DNA of 64,000 bases from an uncultured Candidatus Saccharibacteria bacterium (GCA_964628065.1 CAZVLM010000001.1:9357-73356), one strand, 5' to 3'. Counted from the stretch's first letter, positions 48,989 through 57,313 are shown. Made by a program: numbers and translations. The notes: generated from the letters alone by a model not told the origin.

Positions 48989-51061
48989 TTACTGCTGATT
49001 TGGAACAAGGTCTTCTTTGCTTACATTTGTCTGAAGTCCTTTTACGGCTTCTTCGAATGACTTTTGGTCTCCCGCAAGTTTAGCTAGTTCCATAAGAGCG
49101 GTATATGATTCCGGGATTTTCGGATTGATGGCAAGAGCCTGCTTAAAGACTGCTTTTGCCTCATCAAATTTTCCTTCATACGCATATGCCTGTCCCAGGA
49201 TCCAATATCCTTGAGGATTTGTTGGAGAAAGTTTAATAGCAAGATTTCCTCCATCAATCATCATTTTTAGACTTTTTTCATCAAGGGCATTTAAAAGCGC
49301 AATTTTAACACTTCCCAATCGCCCGTATGCAATAGCGCCCTGTGCACTTACTGGATACTTATCAAAACTGATTTCGAGCGCGCGGGCAAGCGAATCAACA
49401 TCTTTCATAACAAGCACCTGAGAATCCTTACTGCTCGCAAGTACTTCGTTCAGGTGACCAAGATAGTTCTGGGTATACACATCAGCTCGTTGTGCAAGAG
49501 TAACTCCCGATCCGTAAGGCGATGCCTTTTCTGATATCTCATAGCTTCCAGCACGAATATTCAATGGCGCGTACATCTCTACTAGGATTCGCTTCAGTTT
49601 CACTATCTCTGGGATTGTTGTTGCGAAAGCAATGACCATAATTGCAACTCCTACGGCAATCATTCCATATCGTCTCACTGGCTTGTCAGTCTCATTATTC
49701 GATACTATCAACTGCTTTACCTCCTCTAATCCTAAGAGTGCAAGTAGTACAAAGAATAATAAGAAACTAATATTTACATCAAACAGAATAAAGTTATTTA
49801 CTAAGTACGCAAGGAGCATTCCTGAAAACGCTGCAACAACATACTTATTTTCTTCGTTTTTTGCCTTCTTTACCAATACCCAAATTGTAGCTCCAATTAA
49901 GAATACGTACGCCGCTAGTCCGAGAATTCCCTGTGTGGCAAGCATTTCGAGATAAGCATTGTGCGGTTTATCTGCCCACAATTCACGCTTGTAGGTATTT
50001 CGCATGAAGTCAGAGTTGAAATACCGTTCATTGGCATATCGGAATGTTTCAGGTCCAGTTCCCAAAATTGGATGCGCTTTTATCGAAGTAAGTGCCACAT
50101 TCCAATACAAGAATCGCGTGCCCGATGCCTTCTCTACAAAGGTGTTATGAATAGCATTGTTTGGAATACACACCAATAATACAACGACTGCAGTAATAGT
50201 AATGATTCCTGTTGCAAGCGTTTTTCCAATCCATTTAATACTGTCTTTTTTATTAAATGACAAGTAAATACCTGCAGATAGAACGAGACCGATGATGAGC
50301 GAGAATACTGCTCCTCGTGCGTCACCAATAATACTAATGAATCCGTTCCAATTCCCCTTCAGCATTCCGTATCCGAAAATAACTGGGTTGAAAATAGATA
50401 AAAATCCCATGATTGCAATTAATATCTTTTTCCATCGAATGTTTGTTGTGAAGAACAAGTAAGCGATTACAAAGAAGCTCATCATCAAATAGGTTCCTGC
50501 AAACGAAGAATTTCCCGTAAGTCCTCCTCCGTATGAAATATTTGAAAGAAAAGGTGCTTTAATAATATTAAATCCTGTGAATCCTAACATTGTAGAAATC
50601 GCGATGATTGAACTTCCTGCAGCAATGGGATAGAGAATCGCTTTTCGTATTGTCTTAGTGTGATACGCAAGAAGCACTGACATGATCGCGCCTAATGCCG
50701 TAATGGTTACGAAAAATGTTCCGGTTCCGCGCTCCAGGTGTCCAAACCAAGAAATAGTTCCATCTACTCCGAAAATGGTAGCAAGGATCATCACCACAAT
50801 CGTTGCCCCTATTCCCCAGGCAATTTTCGATTTGGCATACGACTTGAATGACTGCCACGGAATAGCAATGAGGCCCAGAAGTATTACCAACGAAAACCCT
50901 AACTGAATAATTATAGATTTTGAGTTAGCATAGTTATAAGAAAGTTTCGGAAACACCATCACTGATCCGAAGAAGATCGTTATCGCAATAAGCCACGGTG
51001 CCATCTTCAAAGCAATGGCCTGTAATTTTTCTATGGTTTTCATATGGGGGTATTCTAGCAT
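48989..51061 (-). CDS. Large polytopic membrane protein (O-antigen-ligase-like core) with C-terminal TPR repeats
   Basis: 690 aa with ~12 TM helices, a ..GDARGAVFSLIIGLVL.. motif and a C-terminal TPR (..GYWILGQAYAYEGKFDEAKAVFKQALAINPK..). Confidence 0.5.
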   Translation of the reverse strand: MLEYPHMKTIEKLQAIALKMAPWLIAITIFFGSVMVFPKLSYNYANSKSIIIQLGFSLVILLGLIAIPWQSFKSYAKSKIAWGIGATIVVMILATIFGVDGTISWFGHLERGTGTFFVTITALGAIMSVLLAYHTKTIRKAILYPIAAGSSIIAISTMLGFTGFNIIKAPFLSNISYGGGLTGNSSFAGTYLMMSFFVIAYLFFTTNIRWKKILIAIMGFLSIFNPVIFGYGMLKGNWNGFISIIGDARGAVFSLIIGLVLSAGIYLSFNKKDSIKWIGKTLATGIITITAVVVLLVCIPNNAIHNTFVEKASGTRFLYWNVALTSIKAHPILGTGPETFRYANERYFNSDFMRNTYKRELWADKPHNAYLEMLATQGILGLAAYVFLIGATIWVLVKKAKNEENKYVVAAFSGMLLAYLVNNFILFDVNISFLLFFVLLALLGLEEVKQLIVSNNETDKPVRRYGMIAVGVAIMVIAFATTIPEIVKLKRILVEMYAPLNIRAGSYEISEKASPYGSGVTLAQRADVYTQNYLGHLNEVLASSKDSQVLVMKDVDSLARALEISFDKYPVSAQGAIAYGRLGSVKIALLNALDEKSLKMMIDGGNLAIKLSPTNPQGYWILGQAYAYEGKFDEAKAVFKQALAINPKIPESYTALMELAKLAGDQKSFEEAVKGLQTNVSKEDLVPNQQ

Positions 51062-51069
51062 ATTTTAAA

Positions 51070-51300
51070 CCTCACCCCCAGCCCCTCTCCAACACACCCG
51101 TCACTCGCTCCGCTCGTGTACACCCTCTCTAAAAGAGAGGGTTGGCTCCGTCGAGATTATGTACCAATAGAAACTACCGCTTATCTCATAGAGTTAAGCG
51201 GTAGTTTCATTTCAAAATTGAGTCTCGATGTCTACCCTCTCTTTTAGAGAGGGACGCTCGGCGAAGCCGGCGGGGTGTGTTTGTCCGTCGGGTGAGGACA
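51070..51300. repeat. GC-rich composite palindromic element (copy E) with nested inverted repeats
   Basis: Outer IR CCTCACCC / GGGTGAGG. Inner TIR ACACACCCG.. / ..CGGGGTGTGT. Hairpins CCCTCTCTAAAAGAGAGGG, CCCTCTCTTTTAGAGAGGG and AAACTACCGCTTA..TAAGCGGTAGTTT. Confidence 0.7.
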
Positions 51301-51303
51301 AAC

Positions 51304-51330
51304 AAAAAACCGCCCGAAGGCGGTTTTTTG
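51304..51330 (-). terminator. Terminator of the S-layer-like gene (AAAAAACCGCC-CGAA-GGCGGTTTTTT)
   Basis: Perfect hairpin with U-tract immediately downstream of the gene end. Confidence 0.65.
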
Positions 51331-51360
51331 GCACATATAAGTGAGTTATTAATCCGAAGA

Positions 51361-53292
51361 TTAGTAAGCTCCCTGTGGCTGTGTTTTGAACGCGTTAGAG
51401 TTCAATCCAGCTGTGTATGTGTTCCATGATCCTGTGTATGCTGTTGCATCAGATGCAGACCAGTTAACGTTGATCAATGTAGCTCGAGTAGTGATAGCAC
51501 TTGCTGGCTGGTATGTAACTACCAACTGGAAGTTCTTTGTCTGTCCTACTGGAACCTGGAAGTTTCCATTAGCTGTTGTAATTGTGTCGTTTCCTGTGTA
51601 GTAAACAGTTCCTGATCCTGCTGCTGCACATGCTGTTGTAGCATCGATGCAGAACTGGATAGCCTGAGCTGCTGAAGCTGTTGTAGCAGCTGCTGCAACT
51701 GTAGGAACGTATGCTGTAGATCCGAACGCAGTTACTGAGAATGGAATTGTGTATGTAACGAATGTATGTGTGTTAGCTCCTCCTGGATTACCTACGTTTG
51801 TTGTAGCCATTCCTGTAGAAGAAACACTAATACCATTTACGTATACATATACCTTGCTTCCTGTTGTAGAACCAGTCAAGTATGTAGATCCTGAAAGCAC
51901 GTTGCTTCCTGAATCGTAAGCCTGGATGTTAGAAACATCTCCTGAGGCAACACTTACCTGAGCGTATTCACCTGCTGGGAAGTTTGCAGATCCTACAGTG
52001 TTGAAGTCACCCTTGATTGTAAGAGTTGTTGTTGTTCCTGTAGCAACATTCAAGTTCAAGTTCTGGAACGTAATTGTCTGAGAACCGTATCCTGAAGCTA
52101 CTGCCTGAGAATCAAGCTGTACTCCTGATGCGTCGTACAATCGAAGTGTGTTTACAACAGCACTTGGAACTGTAGCTGAAGCACCAACTGTCAATGTTAC
52201 AGGAAGTCGTCGAACGTTAATTGTAGATCCCTGTGCATTTAGGTCAATCTTAGCCAACTGTACTCCGTTTGTATTAGCTGATGCGCTACCAGAAACTACT
52301 GAGTCGTTAGAATCAGAAAGGTTCTTTGTAACTGTCAACTTGATGCTCTGAGCTGAAGCTGCAGAAGCAAAACTGAAGTATGTGTTAGAAGATGAGTAAG
52401 TTGTTCCAGACAATGGAACGTTTCCGAAGATGTTAGAAGGTGTGTATGTAAACACTCCTGTTGCATCTGAGTATCGGATAGATGTTACATCAAGTCCCCA
52501 AACATCTCCAGACATGTTGTTAGAATCGATTACAGGAAGTGCTGTAACTGAGATAACAATGTTGTTTGTAGAGTTAGCAGTAAGCTGAGCTCCTGAAACT
52601 GGAACGTATGCAGAGTAAACTGAGTTGTACTGTGCGAACTGTCCAGCGTCAAGTGATCCAACCTTTACTCCGTTTAGCCAAACTCCAACGTTTGAAGCGT
52701 ACTTTGTGAACTGGTAATCAGTTCCTGATCCAAAGTTGTAGAATGAAAGGTTCAACCCTGTAAGCTGAGCTGCTCCACCTGCACCTGTAACCATTCGAAT
52801 GTTAGCAATTGGTTTGTCAACCTGACCAACACCTACTGATGTGTTCAAGTTTCCAGAAACTGCTGAAACATTGTTAATGCTCAAAGGAGCTGATGAATTG
52901 TTTGTTGGAACTCCAGATGGAGACAATGTGCAGTTAGATGCAAGTGTCATTCCATTTGGACATAGACCTGCTGAAGGTGTTGTTGGAACTGCAGGTGTAC
53001 CACAGTTGTTCAATGCTACCTTAGTCATGTTTCCTACTAGTCCATCAGCTGGCAATCCCTTTAGGGTCTGGAAAGCCTTAGCTGCTGCAACTGACATAGA
53101 ACCGAAGTTCCCGTCAACTACTAGATTTGCACCGTTGCAAGCGTTCAAAGCTGCCTGAACATTTCGTGCGTATGGTCCCATTGATCCCTTCTTGATCGTT
53201 GTCGATCCGAAATCAAATGTTGCTGCTGAAGCTGAAACTGTAACCGCCATAGCGATTGCAAATGCAGCGACTGCGATAAATTTCTTAATCAT
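51361..53292 (-). CDS. Abundant secreted surface protein (S-layer-like). N-terminal peptidoglycan-binding (PG_binding_1-like) domain followed by a long Ser/Thr/Ala/Gly/Val/Asn-rich beta-rich region.
   Basis: Signal peptide. ..ARNVQAALNACNGANLVVDGNFGSMSVAAAKAFQTLKGLPADGLVGNMT.. matches the PG-binding pattern. Codon usage is strongly biased (GCT/GTT/TCT/ACT/GGA/AAC/TAC), unlike neighbouring genes. The 5' UTR is 667 nt. Confidence 0.55.
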   Translation of the reverse strand: MIKKFIAVAAFAIAMAVTVSASAATFDFGSTTIKKGSMGPYARNVQAALNACNGANLVVDGNFGSMSVAAAKAFQTLKGLPADGLVGNMTKVALNNCGTPAVPTTPSAGLCPNGMTLASNCTLSPSGVPTNNSSAPLSINNVSAVSGNLNTSVGVGQVDKPIANIRMVTGAGGAAQLTGLNLSFYNFGSGTDYQFTKYASNVGVWLNGVKVGSLDAGQFAQYNSVYSAYVPVSGAQLTANSTNNIVISVTALPVIDSNNMSGDVWGLDVTSIRYSDATGVFTYTPSNIFGNVPLSGTTYSSSNTYFSFASAASAQSIKLTVTKNLSDSNDSVVSGSASANTNGVQLAKIDLNAQGSTINVRRLPVTLTVGASATVPSAVVNTLRLYDASGVQLDSQAVASGYGSQTITFQNLNLNVATGTTTTLTIKGDFNTVGSANFPAGEYAQVSVASGDVSNIQAYDSGSNVLSGSTYLTGSTTGSKVYVYVNGISVSSTGMATTNVGNPGGANTHTFVTYTIPFSVTAFGSTAYVPTVAAAATTASAAQAIQFCIDATTACAAAGSGTVYYTGNDTITTANGNFQVPVGQTKNFQLVVTYQPASAITTRATLINVNWSASDATAYTGSWNTYTAGLNSNAFKTQPQGAY

Positions 53293-53483
53293 AATTAAAA
53301 TTAATTTTAATCATCCTTCCTTATTAAGGGGAAAGAAGTCGTACACGATTCAACGTCGACTTATTAGTGTTGAATCATATGTGTACTATTTTATATTTCT
53401 ATGTTTTGAGACCCACCACTATTATTTGCATAATACTGATCGATAACACAGAAACATTGTGAAGTGTATCTAACCCGTCGGTT

Positions 53484-53600
53484 AGAACACATCACAAGAA
53501 CACACCCGCCCGCTTCGCGAGGCACCCTCTCTAAAAGAGAGGGTAGACCATCGAGATTTTTTTCAGGAAGGAACATTCTTGTGATGTGTTCTTTTCTGAC
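53484..53600. repeat. GC-rich palindromic half-element (copy F) bracketed by a 16-bp inverted repeat
   Basis: ACACACCCGCCCGCTTCGCGAGGCACCCTCTCTAAAAGAGAGGG, flanked by GAACACATCACAAGAA ... TTCTTGTGATGTGTTC. Confidence 0.6.
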
Positions 53601-53959
53601 GCGAAAAGAAACACCGTTAATAACAAAATAAACAAAAGCTAAAAAACTTCTAAGTTTCATTTATTTCTATCTATTTTGTTATCAAGGAATTGGTTTCCAA
53701 CAGATTGAAATCTATCGGAAATCCACAAGCACCGGACCATCATACCATAATCGACCATTCCTTTGCAATACCTAGCCATAAAAGGATTTACGCGAGATAT
53801 TGTCGCAGGAATTGACGCTATGAAATGTGTGGAGTTCGGATAGTATATCGTGCCTATAAAAACACGCAACTTACTTGTCTATACCAGATGACGCACAAAT
53901 GCCCCGCACATTACGGGACATTTGCTAATAACATTCTTTACATTTATGTCAAGTATCTC

Positions 53960-54817
53960 CTAGTTTTTTGAAATCTGATAGGTTGTCCATCTCTTGTTCC
54001 CCTCTTTCCTGACCACATTCATTTCAACTAATGTATTCACTTCTCGTTGGAGGGTCTTATCACTGCAATCGGTCACCATCGACTTGATATCTGCCAACGT
54101 ACAAACTCCTTTCGATTTAATGACATTTAGAATTTCCTGCTTTCTATCGAGCTTATCACTTATTTTTAAAGGTGATTTTATGGTGTCTTTTTGAAATGTC
54201 GTTTTAATTTTAGATATATCTTTTGATATGTCGTTTTGATGTAATAATGTCGTTTTGATGTCGTTTTGATGTCGTTTTGATTGATACCGAGCAACCACTT
54301 CATCAAAGGCGGTGTCGCGCATGATATCTCCGGAAATTAATGGTTGAGACATGGGCACCGATGAAACGATAAATGCTTGTTCTTGCGTGGCTAATTTTGA
54401 TGCTTCGTCAGAAAATATATCTACCAACTTTGTCAATTCGTTTACAATGATATCGGCGTTCATTTGTGATATGTGGTGTGAAATTGATCCGATATGAACC
54501 AGTGATATCACTTGATCAAGTCGTATTGAAACACGTGTTAACGAACCTCGAGAAACACCCTCTTTTGATGTTAATAACCCATACGCGGTTGTGAGTAACT
54601 CCAGCGAATCTTTCCGCAATGACTCTGTAAGGGCTAATGATTTATCCATCACGTCTGTAACCAGATAAATGGCCGCCACAATTTTCTCGATCTTTTTAAC
54701 GGATACAAAGAGCGTCTTTTCTAACGGATTAACGAATAAACCATATAAAATATGAGATTTATTAGAAATGTCGTTTTGATTATTCGCATGTCCTTTTGTA
54801 ATGTCGTTTTGATTCAT
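53960..54817 (-). CDS. Hypothetical DNA-binding protein with C-terminal winged HTH and QNDI peptide repeats. Its gene carries iterated 11-13-bp DNA motifs.
   Basis: C-terminal ..VCTLADIKSMVTDCSDKTLQREVNTLVEMNVVRKEGNKRWTTY.. is wHTH-like. HQNDI repeats are encoded by ATGTCGTTTTG repeats. Confidence 0.45.
   Translation of the reverse strand: MNQNDITKGHANNQNDISNKSHILYGLFVNPLEKTLFVSVKKIEKIVAAIYLVTDVMDKSLALTESLRKDSLELLTTAYGLLTSKEGVSRGSLTRVSIRLDQVISLVHIGSISHHISQMNADIIVNELTKLVDIFSDEASKLATQEQAFIVSSVPMSQPLISGDIMRDTAFDEVVARYQSKRHQNDIKTTLLHQNDISKDISKIKTTFQKDTIKSPLKISDKLDRKQEILNVIKSKGVCTLADIKSMVTDCSDKTLQREVNTLVEMNVVRKEGNKRWTTYQISKN
54196..54281. repeat. Iteron-like direct repeats of ATGTCGTTTTG(AT): 5 copies, including 3 perfect tandem 11-mers at 54247..54279
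   Basis: Copies at 54196, 54228, 54247, 54258 and 54269, read directly from the sequence. Confidence 0.6.
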
Positions 54818-54844
54818 ATGGAGCGTAAAAAATGTCCTTTTGTT
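54768..54844. repeat. Second cluster of the ATGTCSTTTTG motif (4 copies) spanning the start codon of the wHTH gene and its upstream region
   Basis: Copies at 54768 and 54801 (ATGTCGTTTTGAT), and at 54788 and 54832 (ATGTCCTTTTGT). The last copy lies upstream of the start codon at 54817. Confidence 0.55.
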
Positions 54845-54886
54845 CTATAAACGACACTATAAACTTAAAATGTCTTTTATGCAATG

Positions 54887-55013
54887 CCCTCATCCGCCCT
54901 TCGGGCACCTTCTCCCTTTGGGAGAAGGCTACACTTTCGACTTCAGTTGGCACCAATAAAAATGTCTGCCCCTCTCCCTTTGGGAGAGGGTGCCCGAAGG
55001 GCGGGAGAGGGTT
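54887..55013. repeat. GC-rich palindromic mini-element (copy G) immediately upstream of ftsK
   Basis: TIRs CCGCCCTTCGGGCACC / GGTGCCCGAAGGGCGG. Internal hairpins CTTCTCCCTTTGGGAGAAGG and CCCTCTCCCTTTGGGAGAGGG. Confidence 0.65.
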
Positions 55014-55051
55014 GGAATATAAGGGTTTTTACTGATATACTTATAGGACAA

Positions 55052-57313
55052 ATGGCAAAAAAAGATCTGAAACAAAAGAAAAATTCTGTTGAAAAAGCTC
55101 CAGAGGAATCTAGCAATCCTCGTATTAAGCGATCTATTATCGCGATCATTTTACTTGCGATTACGGTAGTTATTATCCTCGGAGCCTTTGATGCGGCAGG
55201 TATTGCCGGTCATTTTATCTATCATTCGGTGCTTAAATTTTTGGTAGGATTTGGTGTTATCTTAGTGCCTATCTTCCTTGTCGTTTATGCGGTAAACCTT
55301 CTTAAGAACCAGCCTCACGAGTGGTCATGGGTTGAGTATGTTAGCTCTTCCCTTTTGATGATTTCCATCCTTGGTTTCATCCAAATTATTTCTCCAGGAA
55401 TTAAAGGCGGTGGCGTTATTGGGTACGGCATAGGAACCGTTATGACGAAGATTTTTGATGTCTATGCCGGCGCAACAATATTAGGTGCCGTTGCACTTAT
55501 TTCGACATTGGTACTTATTGATGAGGAATTAAGAATGCCTGCGTTCCTTAAAAATATGTTTTCTAAGTCTTCAAAAGAAGAGTCATTTGTTGATGAAGAT
55601 TTTGTACTCACAAAAGCAGATTTGAATGAATTACCACCAGCTCCAATAGCGGACCCTCTCCTTGCAGGAGAGGGTGGACGGCGCCAGCCGCCGGGTGAGG
55701 TTGTGAAAGCTGAAGTACCCGAAGAACCTCGGATTGCTAAAAAAGAAAAAGTTGAGGACGAGTTCATTACTGCAAATGCCGTATTTTCAGAAACATATGA
55801 ATACCCTCCAACCAGCCTCCTTGGTCAGTCATCAGGCAAGCCATCCGTTGGAGACATCAAAGCGAACGCGAACTTGATCAAGCGAACCCTTTTGAACTTT
55901 GGAATTGATGTGGAAATGGATGAAGTTTCAATCGGGCCAACCGTGACTCGCTACGCTTTGAAACCAGCGGAAGGTATTAAGCTGACCCGAATTCTCGCAC
56001 TCAAATCTGACCTTGCACTCGCCCTTGCCGCCCACCCTATTCGAATCGAAGCCCCTATCCCTGGCAAGTCATTAGTAGGTATCGAAATTCCGAACAGAAC
56101 TCTTGAGAATGTAGGTCTTGGAACCCTGCTTGATGAAGACTCATTCCAGAATTCTCCTAACCGTCTTCAGGTTGCCCTTGGAAAGGGGGTGGCTGGAAAG
56201 TCTTACTTTGCAAACTTAGCAAAAATGCCGCACCTTTTGATTGCCGGAACTACAGGATCAGGAAAGTCGGTTACTATGCACAACTTAATCCTGTCGCTCT
56301 TATATAAGAACGGACCTGAAGACCTCCGGGTTATTATGATCGACCCAAAACGAGTAGAACTTACTCTTTATAATGATATCCCCCACCTTCTAACACCTGT
56401 TATTAAAGAATCAAAGAAGGCTATCCTTGCCCTTAAATGGGCCGCGAAGGAAATGGAACGACGGTATGACATTCTTGAAAATTGCTCATGCCGAGACATT
56501 CAGTCCTATCATGCAAATATCCAAGACCCCTACTATGCTAAGACCAAGAAAAAAAGTCGCGATGACGATGATACAGATACCAAGGCGCCGGAGCGAATGC
56601 CTTACATCGTAGTATTTATTGAAGAGTTGGCCGACATCATGCAGGCATATCCTCGCGAATTGGAAGCCGGTATTGTCCGACTTGCCCAAATGTCCCGAGC
56701 CGTGGGTATTCACCTCATCCTTTCAACCCAGCGACCATCCGTGAACGTTATTACCGGACTTATTAAAGCCAATATTCCATCACGATTAGCACTTCAAGTA
56801 GCCTCTCAGATTGACTCTCGAACAATTTTGGATGCGCCAGGCGCCGAATCGCTTCTTGGTAAGGGAGATATGCTCTATCAAGGTGCTGACATGTCTAAGC
56901 CTGAACGTATGCAGTGTGCAAACGTAGATGAAAACCAAGTTAAGAAAGTCGTTGCCTTTATTAAGAAGCACAACGTTTCCCTTCCTGACGAAATCGCCTT
57001 GGGCGAAGTATTGGATGATGACCGATCAATTGTTTCAGCTAATCTTGAAAGCGACGAGGACGACGAACTTTATGAAGATGCTCGAGCCTGCGTTATTGAG
57101 GCCGGCAAAGCTTCAACCAGCTATATTCAGCGAAAATTGAAGGTTGGCTACTCTCGAGCAGCGCGCCTCATCGACCTTTTGGAGGAACGCGGAGTGGTTG
57201 GTCCTGCGGACGGCGCGAAACCTAGAGAAGTACTTAGTGGTGGATCTTCTCCTGAAATTGGGTTATCCACAACCGATGTTATTGATAGATTAAACGAGGA
57301 GAGCGAGGTATAA
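55052..57313 (+). CDS. ftsK: DNA translocase FtsK (start reassigned to the ATG at 55052)
   Basis: N-terminal TM helices, Walker A GTTGSGKS, Walker B/RecA-like motor, C-terminal gamma wHTH (..YIQRKLKVGYSRAARLIDLLEERGVVGP..). The track ORF start at 54884 reads through repeat element G. Confidence 0.9.
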   Translation: MAKKDLKQKKNSVEKAPEESSNPRIKRSIIAIILLAITVVIILGAFDAAGIAGHFIYHSVLKFLVGFGVILVPIFLVVYAVNLLKNQPHEWSWVEYVSSSLLMISILGFIQIISPGIKGGGVIGYGIGTVMTKIFDVYAGATILGAVALISTLVLIDEELRMPAFLKNMFSKSSKEESFVDEDFVLTKADLNELPPAPIADPLLAGEGGRRQPPGEVVKAEVPEEPRIAKKEKVEDEFITANAVFSETYEYPPTSLLGQSSGKPSVGDIKANANLIKRTLLNFGIDVEMDEVSIGPTVTRYALKPAEGIKLTRILALKSDLALALAAHPIRIEAPIPGKSLVGIEIPNRTLENVGLGTLLDEDSFQNSPNRLQVALGKGVAGKSYFANLAKMPHLLIAGTTGSGKSVTMHNLILSLLYKNGPEDLRVIMIDPKRVELTLYNDIPHLLTPVIKESKKAILALKWAAKEMERRYDILENCSCRDIQSYHANIQDPYYAKTKKKSRDDDDTDTKAPERMPYIVVFIEELADIMQAYPRELEAGIVRLAQMSRAVGIHLILSTQRPSVNVITGLIKANIPSRLALQVASQIDSRTILDAPGAESLLGKGDMLYQGADMSKPERMQCANVDENQVKKVVAFIKKHNVSLPDEIALGEVLDDDRSIVSANLESDEDDELYEDARACVIEAGKASTSYIQRKLKVGYSRAARLIDLLEERGVVGPADGAKPREVLSGGSSPEIGLSTTDVIDRLNEESEV
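55652..55700. repeat. GC-rich palindromic mini-element (copy H), in frame within the ftsK linker region
   Basis: GGACCCTCTCCTTGCAGGAGAGGGTGGACGGCGCCAGCCGCCGGGTGAGG encodes ..DPLLAGEGGRRQPPGEV.. Confidence 0.6.

Noticed and set aside
53391-53869. Two short minus-strand ORFs (89 and 70 aa) in the 667-nt region upstream of the S-layer-like gene
   Set aside because: They span the palindromic half-element and hairpin-rich leader, with no recognisable domains. Treated as 5' UTR.
54196-54844. Possible CRISPR array suggested by short direct repeats
   Set aside because: Repeats are only 11-13 bp, tandem or closely spaced with no unique spacers, and are translated in frame. This is not CRISPR architecture.
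54884-55051. N-terminal 56-codon extension of ftsK in the ORF track
   Set aside because: The extension is encoded by the palindromic repeat element. The canonical FtsK start MAKKDLKQ at 55052 is preferred.
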